DNA from: Girardia tigrina
Taxonomy: Eukaryota
Length of the DNA stretch: 58,204 nucleotides
NCBI GenBank assembly: GCA_001938485.1
Contig: MQRK01239570.1
Span: 10,292 to 68,495, forward strand
Direction: 5' to 3'
Shown here: positions 1 to 13,252 of the stretch, one piece after another
Position numbering within the stretch: position 1 is the first letter of the stretch
How the letters are laid out: each line of letters starts with the position of its first letter
The notes under the pieces: generated by a model
Database searches by the model: none
What the model was told of the DNA's origin: nothing
The model's input: only the letters and a program-made list of their open reading frames with translations
Made by a program: the position numbers and the translations under genes

Positions 1-339
1 TGAAGAATTGTGATTTTTGTTGAATGAGAATTCGAAGATTGTGAACCAAGACAGGGGTGTACCGTCATCATCAACAAAGAATGCCCGAGGTTGAGGTAGG
101 ATTGAGTTGGCTGAATCTTTTTTGAAATTTTTGGTCAAACTAAACTAAATTTGCTGCTGTTTATATAGTGGTTTTCATCAACCTTGAAAATTGATAAAAT
201 AAAACAAAGACTAAAATATTTTAAATTTTAAATTCCAAATTTTGTTAAGCTAAATATTATTTTGTTTGAAATTAATAATTTTACCAAAAGAATTATTTTA
301 ATTTTTTTCTACATAAAATTTTATCAAGTGTTCACATGT

Positions 340-600
340 ATTTTTCGAAACCCTAACATATGCAGAAGGGTATAAAGTCAATGAGGGATTCAAAATATTC
401 GGGTGTAATATGATGCAGCCAGATAGACCTTATTTTTTCACTAAATCATTAAGTGAATTAGATTTAAAGAGTGTTTCAACATGGCCAAAAAATTTCCGAT
501 TGGATTCAAATCAGATGATGAGACAGACCATGGTTCTAGCTATGTGTATTTGTGCTCCTCCAGCCATGTGTTCTTTCTTCTTCCATTTACTGAGACTGTA
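340..600 (-). mobile_element. Tc1-like transposase 3' remnant
   Basis: Minus-strand WLEEHKY...PWSVSSSDLNPIGNFLAMLK and ITPEYFESLID resemble the Tc1 WPxxSPDLNPIENLW motif and C-terminus. Confidence 0.6.
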
Positions 601-614
601 AATTGTTGAAAAGC

Positions 615-1600
615 TTTGTTGAGCAGGTTAATATCATTCTAACATGAAACATGGAGGAATACAATCTGTTATATATGCATTGCTTCCAAATAAAAAAAGA
701 TACATATTGAGGTGCCGGCTGCCGGACTGAGTGGCGGCGGCAAGCACCTCTTAATTGTGTGGGTAATCGGTGTTAACGGGCGTGATTGGTCAGTTCCAGT
801 GCCCACCGGTCGGTGTGTCGGCGTGTGCCGGTACTGCAATCAATCTACAACGGGTCCCCGGAGAGTGTCGCCAAGTACGCGTCGATCAATGTTGTTCGGA
901 ACGAGGGAGAGTGCGGTTGGCCACGCATTATCCCCCGTATCGATCCTATCGGCGGTATTGCGTTGGTTGGTGGTGCACTCGACGAGTTCGAGTGCCGATT
1001 CGCTGAATGAGGCAGCGGTAGATTTAGCTCAAGCTATTTCATCAAAAAAGACGAAATAAAACTAAGAACACTTATTTGTTTATCACAAATTTCAATTCAA
1101 AAAATTGTTTATATTAATATTATTTAAACAATAGTCAACTCTATCCAAAAGTTTTTTTCAATTTTTTTATGATTTTTTTCATCGACCGTTTTGTCGAGCA
1201 CTACACATATGTAAGTTTGCTTCATATTATTCACGTTGCTGTTCCTGGATTGATTCCAACAGTAATTTCTTGTGATTTTGAATTAGGAGCTATTTCGGCA
1301 TGTGGAAGAGTGTTTTTCAGGTGTTATAATTCAGAAATGGTTTTCTTCATTTAGCTCAAATTGTGCAGAAACAAGTAAAACGGATTGAATTGAAGAGTGT
1401 ATATAATTCAAACCCTGATGTTGCTTTGAGAGTTAAAATTCGTGTTGCACTGAGTTTTTTACCTATTGATCATTTAAATAATGACATCAGTGCTCTCTCT
1501 CTCTCTGAAGATTTACCCCAAGAACTAAGTTTGTTGTTTTATTCTTTTGAAGATAATTATGTTTGGCAGCCAATGAGAAGAGGAATTGGCAAGCTTGGAT
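615..1600 (+). mobile_element. MULE (Mutator-like) transposase remnant interrupted by a solo LTR
   Basis: YALLPNKKKDTY|VSLL...ISCDFELGAISA...FLHLAQ...ALSFLP...FEDNYV. The reading frame is restored when 708-1205 and one TSD copy are removed. Confidence 0.8.
708..1205. mobile_element. Solo LTR, family A (GC-rich 5' half)
   Basis: TGAGGTGC...GCACTACA termini with a perfect 5-bp TSD CATAT (703-707 and 1206-1210). Confidence 0.85.
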
Positions 1601-1689
1601 GTTCTATGGCCAGACAAAAAAGAATAAAATCGAGTGTGGCTGGTGGTGACCGATTTGGCACCTTACATGATCTTCTGCATTTAAAAAAC

Positions 1690-2605
1690 TGAAAGAAACA
1701 TTGTTCCCAAGTTTGCAACATGTAACATGCTTAGAACATGCTTTATATCGAGTGTGTGAAAGAATAAGAGAAGAATTCTAAGATATAAATTTATTTATAT
1801 CATTGATGAAGAAGGTTCTTCTCAAGTCAAATGAAAGAAAAAACATTTATAGAAGCATCACAGGGTGTCCATTTCCACTAAATCCTGTCATTACACAATG
1901 GGGAACATTTATTGAGAGCGCCATGTTTTATTTAGACAATTTAACGAAAATTATAGATTTAATACTCGAAATTGAGATTGATTCAATGGATGCAAGAAAA
2001 CGTAAAGGTTTAATGGAAGCAAATATTTTGTTTGATGATATCTTGAAATTGTCTGAATTCAGATTTTTTTCAAAAAAAGTTCGCGCAATTGGAAGTTGAA
2101 AATTCAAAGCTGAGCACAACACTTAGCATTGTTGAAGAAATAAAATCCAAGTTGGGTGGTTTGACAAAAGATAAATTTCTTTATTGTTTGAACAAGAATC
2201 CTGATTTGACTTTATTCACATCAAGAGAATAAGATTTGACATTTCAAAGCAAAATTTGCTATGCTCCTCATGTTTCGGTGTCAGTTGAGAGATATTTTTC
2301 TCAGTACAAAACAATTCTAAGGTCTTTAAGGCAACGTTTTCCTTTCTAAATTTGGAACAAATGAACATTCATTTCTTTAATACATTTTTAGAATAAATTT
2401 TTGAATTTATTATTTTATCTTGTGTTACTGCTATTTTGCTGTTATTTTAAAACCGAAACGCGAAAAACTGTAAATTTATTTAGATACAAGGTTTTTGTTA
2501 ATACGATAAGTATTTTTATCAACCGAAAAGCCGAAATTGGCATTTATAACGACCGAAATGCCGACCGAAATCAACGTTTTTAAGAACCAAAAAACCCGTT
2601 CCCTA
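1690..2605 (+). mobile_element. hAT-like transposase 3' half with right terminus
   Basis: HVTCLEHALYRVCE, PVITQWGTF and YAPHVSVSVERYFSQYK motifs. Subterminal AACCGAAA repeats, ending CCCGTTCCCTA. Confidence 0.75.
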
Positions 2606-2834
2606 TTGACTACTTTCCTTTCTGTTTCGATCTTGTACCCAGCGACTTATTTATTCAGACATATGAAGAAACATTTCCAAGTGAAAATCTACCACAATGC
2701 TGCAGGTATGAAACGTGATATAAAACTTTTCATGAAAGTTCAAAGCCTAGATTTATTGAAAAATGCCGTTTTGGCAATCTCGCATCACTCGAGCAAGTGT
2801 GTTAATTGAAATGATTCTTATATTGACAACTAAG
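2606..2834 (+). mobile_element. mariner transposase C-terminal remnant (target of the hAT insertion; likely continues to ~6116)
   Basis: Degenerate YSPDLAPSDY-like motif followed by LFRHMKKHF...KCVN. Confidence 0.55.
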
Positions 2835-5800
2835 CAGGGCCTTTTTTAACATATTGACTGGGAGACACTGGGTGGCAATTTTTTTAAAACCGATTTTTAA
2901 AACTACCTTTCTATTTTTTGTCATCATAACCTGATGCTTTTGCAACAACAGAAGACGTAAACTTCACTGTTCTAGCAGAATACTGAACCACAAATACATA
3001 CATTTCACCCTTCGCCACTGAAGAATCCATTATTAGCACTTCTCACAATACTATAGAATGGTACAAGCACAGAAAAGTGAATGTAAAACGGTAAGTAGAA
3101 AATAGAAGGGACTACTTGGAAGTATTTATGTTTGGACCTGCTGAAAGGAAGCGTAAAACACATTATATGAAATGCAGAGTGTGTGAAAAGTTTGTGAATG
3201 TAGCTTGCAAGTTTGCTCACAATCGCACTATTTACTTGACTTATGGCTACCGTGCAGATGCAACTGTAAAAGTGAAGGCTGTCACAGATCATCTTGACTC
3301 AATCTTCCAAAAGGCAGCAGTGCGACATGTAAATTGAGAATTGTAGTGGAAAATTCATTCCTCTCATTACCCTTGGCTGAAATGTTAGCACAAGTACCGT
3401 GCAGAAGTTGTGGAGTTTCTTATCTCACTCGCCGTGGATGTTTATAATGACAGTCTGATAAGTACTCTTTCTACCAACAGCTTGTCCTTAAGGTATTTAA
3501 CTCAAGTATACAAGTCCAAAATTATTAACAGTCTTCTCGAAAATGAAGTTATATGGGGACGGATTTTTGTGTGTCACGGCGTCCGCAATACTGTTGGCTT
3601 GATAAAGTTTAATGAGTTCGTTAGTGGCCAGATGACCGGTATCTAAATCGTTCAACCAATTACAAGATAAATTTTTATGTTCAATCTGATTCATCACAGA
3701 TGTAATTATAATCGACGTAACAGTCGATTTATTTGATCGCTCCGTTTTGGCAGTCTTTTGTCTGTGATATTTAATGAGAACGAGAATTTTCGATAAAAGT
3801 TTTTTTATAAACAAGGTAGTATCAAATCGATCCACCACTAAACAGATTGGTTTCGTAATTGGAATTTGTGCGTTTTGTTAATTTTTTAATTTTTATAGTA
3901 AAACAAATTCTTTATGTTTGAATTTTTATGTTTTTTATGAATCTTGAATTTTATGAATTTTAATTTAATTTTGAATTTTTATTTTATTAATTGTTAATGT
4001 AGTTTTGGATTTTTATTAATTTGTTAATTTAGTTTTTGAATTTTAAATAATTTTTTAAATGTTGTGGAGTGATGTATACAACAGAAATGAATTCTCCATT
4101 GGAGGAATTTCAACCACGCTCGTCGATATTGCATTACAGAGACCCAAACTGCTATCAAGAAATGCTACTCGTTGCTAGAGAAGTTCAGAATGAACTCCCT
4201 CGTGAGCTACATGATTTTATTGCTTACGCAGCGCAAGTTGATAGCTGCGTCAATCTGCAAATGGTGGATTATAAGTAAGTCTCTATGAGAATAGTAACAG
4301 AAGAGCATGAAGTAAAGAACGTATTCAAAGCCTTCAATGAACTTCAACATATTGGAGCCCTTGGACTGCAGTAACCACTCAGCATGCTCTTAAGACCAAG
4401 TCCGCACCAACTTCCAAGCTGATTAGTGTTACTAGAGATGATGAAAGTGCTAATACAGACGCAACAAAGGAGTTTGGGAAGCCTATGAAGAACTGGTTAC
4501 ACCGTGATCTATTGACGTTCTGGTGTGCTGTTCATAGAATTGACACAGTTTTTAAAAGCATTGAAGAAGGCGTTTCAGAGCTGCCTATCTGGATTAAAAA
4601 TGCCAAGCCTTTAGCTAAGCTGTTCAGGACGTCTAAAAAGACAACGGAACTCCTGCATCAATTTCAACCAACGGTGAATCATTTCCTTGCTCATTACAAA
4701 GTTCAATTCGCTGAGCACATAGTCTACCTTTAAACGACCATTTTTCATACATTTTACGACTGCAAGGATGTTTTTAAGTTTTTAGAATTGAAAGGCAAAT
4801 TGAATAATGTGAGAGCAACAGTACGGAGATATTTGAAGACATGGACAATTGAATTGCATCAATTTTGTCTTAACGGTTTCATAGTTGCTATTTTGAAAAT
4901 ATTTCATGATTTGCAAAAAGCAGCTACAGCGTGACGACCTGATTCTACTAGAGATAATAAGCAATAGAGATTCGGCACTACAGACCCAGAAAACAGAGAC
5001 TCATTTTAAGAGCTGTTAACACGAATATTCAACTACAAGAAATCAGGATGCAGTAAGCATCGAAATTGTATCATCAGCACAGAATTATCTTGGAGAGCGG
5101 TTTGATGTGGAACAAGAAGTAATCCAAGACATATTAATATATTGTTTATATCAATATTACTTATTATTGTTTAAATATACTTATTATTAAATCCTTTTTA
5201 TTGTTTACAATATTATTGTTTATATCAATATATCAATATACTTGCAAACTCTAAGCTTAAATTCCAAATCATGAGTGCTTGACGAAAGCTTCATGTCCAG
5301 CTCTGCTTGCAAGTCAATGTTATCCATTTTGTTGACAACTCTTTTGCAAACTGCAGAACTCAAAATATTTATTAATGCAGAAGTCATGCATAACACGACA
5401 TTTGTTTTCAGAAGAAATCCAGCGCTTTGTAGATGACTGTTCTGAGCAATGGCCAATAAATGCTTTATCCTAATTGAATTCGAAATACTTCTTACAGCGC
5501 TACAGCAGCGTACTTTTGAAAGCAATATCGTCTTCAGTAACACTCACTCCTCACAGCATGCTTCATGAGAGGCTTGATTCTTTTTACAACTTGAATGTTT
5601 CAGCCCTCAGCTGAGACAGCCAATGAATTGAAATGAGCAGCATGAATGAATTGAAAGGGGACTTACAAGTTTGATCCTCACAGTGTTGTGGTAGAATTCT
5701 TGTGGGTGAAAGAAAGACAAGACAGAAACTGAACCTTGATACTTATTTAGAAAGTGACTTTATTACCAATTCTTCTTTTAAAAGTAACATGTGTTGAAGT

Positions 5801-6041
5801 GTTATATAATATAACTCGTATTGGACTATTTGTAAAATGTTATGGGTCGGGTGACTCGTGTATTTTCTTCTTGTAAATCTCAGAACACTTGATAAAAAAC
5901 TGTTTGAAGTAGGAAAACCCATTATAAAAAACATGGAAAAACAACTATTTTTATCCGAGATTAAAAATTACCTAATTTCGGCATATGACCATTTCATATT
6001 GCTTGTGCCCCCCCAGAGAAAATTTCTTAAAAATGGCCTTG
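2835..6041 (+). mobile_element. Full-length decayed hAT transposon (ZNF862/KIAA1586-like transposase pseudogene)
   Basis: TIRs CAGGGCCTTTTTTAA / TTAAAAATGGCCTTG. 8-bp TSD CAACTAAG / CAATTAAG. Fragments CRVCEKF, FWCAVHRID and PHSMLHERL, with many stops. Confidence 0.85.
3548..4083. mobile_element. LTR-like insertion inside the hAT transposase
   Basis: About 535 bp interrupting LLENE|MNSPLEEF. Ends GTTATAT...ATACAACA form an imperfect inverted pair. The TSD is ambiguous. Confidence 0.5.
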
Positions 6042-8167
6042 CAATTAAGCCTACATACCATTGCCGTTCTGATGTTAAAATATAATTTTCGAGTTGTTTT
6101 CCTTTAACGCCTAGTACTGGGTACTTCTCATACACACCACATACATAAAATTGGATATTGTATAATATAAATATTATAAATATAACACAAAAAAAGTACA
6201 CAAAAATTTTGTTTTCAGTATTTCGCAGACTGATCAGCACACCTAATATTATATATCGATTAACGAACTTATTTATAAATTAACCGAAAAAGGGGTGATT
6301 GAAAGACTCAAATCTTACTCATGCTCACTAAGAAAACGAATAAGTCAAAATCTTATGCATGCATGTCAAATAATTCGTTTACAAGAGATGACTAGGTGGT
6401 ATTTTGTTGTTGAATATGAATACTATAAAGTAAAAATCAGTTTTATGGTCTATAAATAAAAATTTATTTCAATTACAATTACATTTGTATTTATATTATT
6501 CTAGGAGTCACATATCAAATGCTAAAGTTTACTTATTATGCAGCTAACATAAATGATAACGGACAGAAGGAGCCATTTCGTGAAGCAATCTTCGATTACG
6601 TTTCTAGTTATACAAGTAACAAAACGTTTTCGAAATGTAATAAAATTTATAAATGTCACTGTATTAATCAATTGTACTAAAACTTTAAAATTTCGCATAT
6701 TTAGAAAAGGAAGCATAAAGTTGCGAACTTAAAGCTTTATAAATAACAAAATAAAATAAACATTTACGATATAATGGTTTTCTCAAAATAAAAATATTAT
6801 CGAAGAGATTATAATTATTTGAAAATTTTGTTAAAGGATTATTATTAATATTAAGTGGCTTAGACTATCTTCAATCGCGAATTTTTTCATAATAGAAATA
6901 TATTTCAATAACCTTTTTCCCATTGTGAGGGATAATTGGGAATGTTGTAAGTTTGTTGTTTGTATGCTGTTTAGATTTGTGACTCTCCTACTCAGATGGG
7001 ATTGATATGTTTATTGATTGATTATTTTAATCTAATGAAATTAATTTAATGATATTAATTTTAAGTANNNNNNNNNNNNNNNNNNNNNNNNNNNNNNNNN
7101 NNNNNNNNNNNNNNNNNNNNNNNNNNNNNNNNNNNNNNNNNNNNNNNNNNNNNNNNNNNNNNNNNNNNNNAAAATTATGTAATGACTTTTATCCAATAAA
7201 AATTATGAGAAATTAAAATTTATTATTAATCTTTCCCATTCGTTGTTTTTTAGATTTGAATATATTAACAAAAAAACTATATCAATCAAAAAAAGATGAC
7301 CAATGAAGAAACTGTTTGTGTTGTCAATAAATGTTTGCATTCAAATTGTGATGCTGTTAATACCCATTTCAAAATTATATATTTTACACAGTGTTTTAAA
7401 AAATATTTATTTTTTTAAAACTACGTCAAATACATTTTTATTAAACTTTTTGCAAGACACCTTTTTTTCAGTTTGTTCTTCTTTTGCTATTTCGAATAAG
7501 GAAAAGAAAATAAATTTATTATTTATTTTTAATGTTAATTATATTTTTCATTATAAGTCGATGTAATTTTTGAACAACTTTCAAGGTTAATAGCATGAAA
7601 ATAGTTTTCGGTGTACTTTTAGAATATTCACTGTTTAGATTAAATTTTTCAATCCAGGCTTTGACGATTTTTAAATCAAAGATTCCCATCAATATGCTCA
7701 TTTTCTGTTTAATATTATGTGGAAAATATACGGTAGTAAATAATTTACTAAAACGTTATGAATCAAATGATTACTAATACCATTGGATAAATTTATTTAC
7801 TAATAAAATAAAAATAGTTAATTTAACCTTTTCAAATTGAAATAGATACGATCCTATCAAGTACTCCATTATTAAAGACTAATATTAATTTAAAAAATAA
7901 GAAATATAGTGTACGAATTAATGTTTTTTTTCAGTATTGTATCATATAATTTCAAAATATCAAAAGCTTAAAATTCGAACTTTGTAAAATAAAATTAAAC
8001 TTTTCATTTGTTTAAGAGTTACTAAATTTACATAATCCAGGGTTTTCTGTTATCATGTTCATGTAAATTGTTTTGAATTTAAAATGATATCATAAAAACT
8101 ATGGCTTCTAAGTCATAAAAAAATCAATGGGACAATTTTTAAATTTAAAATATTCAACTTTACTCAT

Positions 8168-8490
8168 TGAATAAAAATCAATATAATAAATTACGGCTTT
8201 TGGTTAAGAAAATATATAAAATTTAAATTTACAATATTTATCACTACTTGATGAATATTGTTGAATAAAATCAATATAATAAAATATGGCTTTTGGTTAA
8301 GAAAAAAAAATTAAATTTAAATTATTTAACATTACTCATGTAAATCGTCATATTGGTTAAAAATATATAAAATTCAAATTTGAAATATTTAACACTACTC
8401 ATGGAACATCGTTTATTTAAAACAATATAAACAAAAAATTATCTTTTGGTTAAAAATAAATAAATCTATAAATTTAAATTCAAATTCGAA
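8168..8490. repeat. Degenerate tandem repeat, about 4 units of 60-95 bp
   Basis: Recurring TTTTGGTTAA(G)AAAA...AAATTT...ATTTAACACTACTCATG. Confidence 0.7.
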
Positions 8491-9210
8491 TTGATAATAT
8501 ATAACATCACTCAGTATCAATTTGAGAATTTCATTGATAATAATAAGTAATGAATCATGAATACATTTCAGAATCTATCAAACTCTTGTTAATTTCTGTA
8601 AAACTCCACTGCTTGTCACAGACACCAGACCTAATCAAAGTACACAAACATGATTCATCAGTAAATGATGCCATCGGTCCAACAAGAAAAGGGCATTTAT
8701 CAATCAAAACATTTATCAATGTATTAATCAACATTACTACGATATCAATTGTCCACTATTGATTGTAACTAACAAGCAATGTAATCGAAACATGAATACA
8801 AACATGATTCTTTGTGTTTGTATGTGACTGGTATGTATTTGTATGTGTGTTAGCATGTATGTTCCTTTTCAGACTAATTACACACATACACACTCAATTA
8901 CAGTTATTTCATAGAATATAATTGGCCAATCAAATTGAAATAGTTTTATTGGAAAAGAAGATTTAGTTTTTACTAGATTATTTATGTATTAATTATTATT
9001 ATTATCATTTTTTTTCAAATATAAAAATATATTTATCGGTATTTAGTTTTTTTTTCAAAATTCAAATTTTTTTTCCTGATTTTAGGAGAATCGAAACAGA
9101 AATTTCTAAGTATCTTTAATTAAATTTTCGTTTTGAGAATATTTCTCTCGAAAACAGAACGATTTTGTCGATCAAGTAAAGACAAAGAAGAATTACGAAT
9201 ACAACGAACG

Positions 9211-9439
9211 ATGGAATTAAGAATGAAAAATCAATATCAAATAATGAATTACGAGCAAATCGTGAAATTATTCAAATTGTTGAATGACGAATTGATTATT
9301 TCTTGTGAAATGGAGTGTCGGCGGTCACTGGTTCTTTCTCTCCGGGAGATCATTGTCGGAATGAAAGAGACACTCGAGCACGAGAATGTCCCCGTCAAGG
9401 ACATTCGACTGATCGGAGGGGCTGCATCGCATGTCATCG
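9211..9439 (+). CDS. TENT5: TENT5/FAM46 terminal nucleotidyltransferase, coding exon 1
   Basis: MELRMKNQYQIMNYEQIVKLFKLLNDELII...VKDIRLIGGAASHVI matches the FAM46 N-terminal signature (LNWEQVQRL...VRDVRLNGSAASHVL). GT donor (G|GTAATT) at 9440, phase 1. The start Met is uncertain, and an upstream acceptor-like TTTTAG near 9086 suggests a further 5' exon. Confidence 0.88.
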
Positions 9440-9469
9440 GTAATTTTGCCTTTATCTTTTATATTTAAC

Positions 9470-10300
9470 TTTGGAATTTTTATTTATTATTTATTACATT
9501 TATTTATTATTGATTGTTTCTATTTTTATTTATTATTAATGATTATTTTTTAATTATAAAATTTTTATTTGTGATTTTATATTATTTATTTATATTTATT
9601 ATACAATTTTATATATGTATATTTTTTTACTATTCGTTAATTTTATTTATTGTAGTTTTTATTTATTAAGAATGATTACTTATTTTTTAATAATTAATTT
9701 TTTATTTATGTTATTATATGTATTATTTTTATTATTTGTTAATTTTATTTTATTTTTTTTTGTTTTATGATTTTATATTATTTATTTATTATTTTTCTTT
9801 TATATACTTATTATTTTTTATTATTCGTTAATTTTATTTATTGTATTTCTTATTAGTTAATAATGATTACCTAAATTTTTAATAATTATTTTTTTATTTA
9901 CAATTTTATAATATTTATTTTTTTTATTTGTTAATTTTATTTATTGTAATTTTTATTTATTATAAATGATTATTAACTATTTTTTAATTATATATATTTT
10001 TTACTTTTCATTTTACATTTTTTATTTATTATTTTTCTTTTTTATATTTTTTATTATTTGTTTAATTTTATTTATTGTAGTTCTTATTTATTAAAAATTA
10101 TTACTTACTTTTAATAATGAACTTTATTATTTATTATTTTTATTTATTGTATATTTTATTTACTATTAATTATTTCTTATGTACAATTATCTTTTTTTGT
10201 TATTTTTATTTACTATTATTTATTATTTATTACTTTTTTAATAATTTTTTATTTATTTAATTGATAAAAAATATTTTGAATTATTCATTTATAAAAGAAA
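9470..10300. repeat. T/A-rich degenerate minisatellite at the 5' end of the intron
   Basis: Repeated GTTAATTTTATTTATTGTA...ATGATTAC units about 100-200 bp apart, almost free of G and C. Confidence 0.7.
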
Positions 10301-10399
10301 AATAAATTAGTTTTTGGATGATTATTTATTTAAGAGGGTTATCTAAGAAGTTTCTGGTCCAAAAATGAATCAAGTAGTTTTTTTCTTAAAATTAATTTG

Positions 10400-10645
10400 C
10401 GTTTGAAGTCATTAAGGTTAAACTTGAGTCTTAAAACATTTTGAATGAGGTCGTTGAAAGACCACACATTATTACTTTTTAATTTTAATCTAACTATTTT
10501 TGTGAGACAATCTTCAATGTAATATCTACAAAAAACAAAAGCAGAAATCGACTGCAAGTTGAAAATGACTTGCCCTTGATACTGATATAAGATGTCAATC
10601 CTCAAATCAATTTACTATGTAATATATTGCAGTGCTCTCATTAAA
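10400..10645 (+). mobile_element. hAT (Buster/Charlie) transposase C-terminal remnant
   Basis: CETIFNVISTKNKSRNRLQVENDL...QCSH* resembles the Buster-type dimerization domain end. Confidence 0.65.
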
Positions 10646-10912
10646 TTTGTCTTTGTTGTTCATCGAAACATGTTTGTAAACAATAAATATATTTTTTACA
10701 CTTTTTAATTGAAATTAAATAATTGTATTTATCTACAAGGAAAAACCCTTGTTGGTAGCATTTGTGAGAAGTGGTTGCAACATCAATTTCAGAATTCATT
10801 TTAACTCGTATATCTTTACTATAAAACAATTTCCAAACAAATTTTTCAACTATTTCTTTAATTAATAATTAATCTTCCGATCTCTATTTTCAATTAATTT
10901 TTAAATAATTAC

Positions 10913-11111
10913 TCTAATTACCCTGGGTCATTTTACATGCGTAATAGCCTACGATGAGTCTTTTAGACTCTTAGTAAAATTAACACAGAAAATTTATGAA
11001 ATTCATATATTTGAAAAATTAAATTGATTAAATTAAAAAAATTAATTTTGTTGCCATTATTTAAATATAATTTCGAAATGAGTTTCGAAGACTCATCCCA
11101 GGGTAATTAGA
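10913..11111. mobile_element. MITE-like element
   Basis: Perfect 15-bp TIR TCTAATTACCCTGGG / CCCAGGGTAATTAGA, plus an inner inverted pair GATGAGTCTT / AAGACTCATC. Confidence 0.7.
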
Positions 11112-12798
11112 TGGAATATCTAATTGGTCTCTGGTAAATTTGTATTTTTTCTTAGCTCTGATTTTGTAGTTGGAATTCTGTGCTGTACTTCTACCACCAT
11201 AAATTATGTGCATCATTATTTTGCTTCTTCCTAGTGTCTATGAGGATAAATAACTTGTTACTGCATGTTTAAAATTATAAGTTTATATGTTCAAGTCCAC
11301 AAAAAAGGTTGGATAGACGAAGATGGAATAAAACTGCGGTGATTGATTTGAAAGAAACCTAGAAATAATAAAATAATAGTAAAAACTTTTTTATGAGAAT
11401 TTACGTTTTACAATATGCTTACATAAAGTGTTTATACAAAATTTAAATCAAATTATTTAAATAACTCGTTATAAACTCTCTGACTGTTTGTTGAGATTAC
11501 TTTTAGAGAAAAAAGTGTTTTATTTGAATTGGATTTTTTTCATTAAAATTTTAAACGAAATGTATATTAAACTTTTTTAATAATAAGAATAAAATTTTTA
11601 TTTTGAACATAAAAAAATTTTAAAAAATAAGTTATAAGAAAACGAAGAATTAAATGAACTATTATGACGTTAAATAAAATTTTTATTTATAATCATACAA
11701 AATTTATCATATAAACCATTTAAAGTACAAGTGTTGTATAACTATTTTTATAGATCGATGTATCTTGAAAAGATTATTATTAAAGAGTATTTTTAATGTA
11801 TATGTTGATCTGAAAAGAAGAAATATAGTTAAATAAGATTTAAAGAATTTAAATTAAACTAAAAATATTTTCATAATTAAAAAACTTTATAATTTAATTA
11901 AAAAATATTTTTGAATAAAATTAAAAGTTGAATAACATTATTAATTATCAGTCGAAAATTTCGATAAGATTCCACAAAATTTTTTTCTATGTATTTAATT
12001 TTACAATTTTTTAAATAACTCTATATATATCAGTTTGAAAAATTTGATTTGGATACGATTATCGATAATAACAAAATGTATTAAAAATAATTATATGACA
12101 TTATAAATAAATAATATAGGCATAAATTGTTAATAACATATTTTACCGAGGAAAGTAGGATTCTAGCTGAATGGAAATTTTTTCTTTTGTAATTTACTAG
12201 GAAAACAAAATCAATATTATCGACCCCATTTTTATTAAATATAAGTTTATTAAAATTATTAATTATAAATTAACATATAAAATCAATTTTAAAACCATTT
12301 TTTAATTGAAATTACGTTTACAAAATTTAACACTTAAAATTATATTTTTTAGGTTTCTTTTTCGATTTTAAAATAAAATTTCTGTGTTTTATTCTTCTTC
12401 CAGAAATTTGAAAATAATTCTTTTTTTGGATAAGTAAGGCTACTTTATGGATTTCATTTTTTCTGAGTTTTTTTCAATTGAATTATGATTGACGTGGGCT
12501 ATTTGATTAATTTTATTATAGAAACAGTAAATACTAGTAAATTTTGCATGTGAATTTAAAATTTTATTTAAATTATATTCTTTTTTTTCGCAAAAAAGTT
12601 TTTTTAAATAAAAATCGATTGTAACTTTATATCCTTATATCCATAAACTGCTAAAATATTTTAGAAGAAATCGAATGACATATAATAACATATTTGTTCT
12701 AAAAATATTTGTTTTATAATATATAACAAATTTTTAAAAATATAATATGAAAAATATTCCAAAATATTACAGGTCAGAGCATATTCTTCAATTTAAAT

Positions 12799-13252
12799 CA
12801 GTCGTTCCAAAACGTTAAAGAATTTCTTGAATGGTCGTCTCTTTAAATTTTTGAACAGTTCTTGGTCCCCCTATAAAATTTATATTTTAATCTTAAATTC
12901 ACAAAAAATAATGTTGATCATTAACCATACTTTATAAAATGTTAATTATTAACAAAGTATTTACACAAAGAATCGCTCTTGAAAATGTTTATGCATTATG
13001 TGTATATATAATATATATAAAATTAGATAGATATTAATAATTGAAAGATAAAACTCATGGGAATCGTATTCATATTTTCATAGGAAATTTCTTAAATTAC
13101 AATAAATGTAAGGAAACACAGATAAATAAGAACTTGTTATTTAAGCCAAAATTTTAAACATTCGAAAATCATAAATTTTTATTTAAAATACTGATACTAA
13201 AAATCCCATTGTGATCCGCAACAAACCATGGACCCCAGTTTGGAAATCATTA
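12799..13252. mobile_element. Non-autonomous hAT (Charlie-like) element
   Basis: Degenerate TIRs CAGTCGTTCCAAAAC / GTTTGGAAATCATTA. 8-bp TSD ATTTAAAT / ATCTAAAT. Confidence 0.6.

Noticed and set aside
712-1059. Overlapping GC-rich ORFs here and at 53903-54674
   Set aside because: They lie within solo LTRs or LTR-like sequence. High GC explains the lack of stops, and no protein motifs are present.
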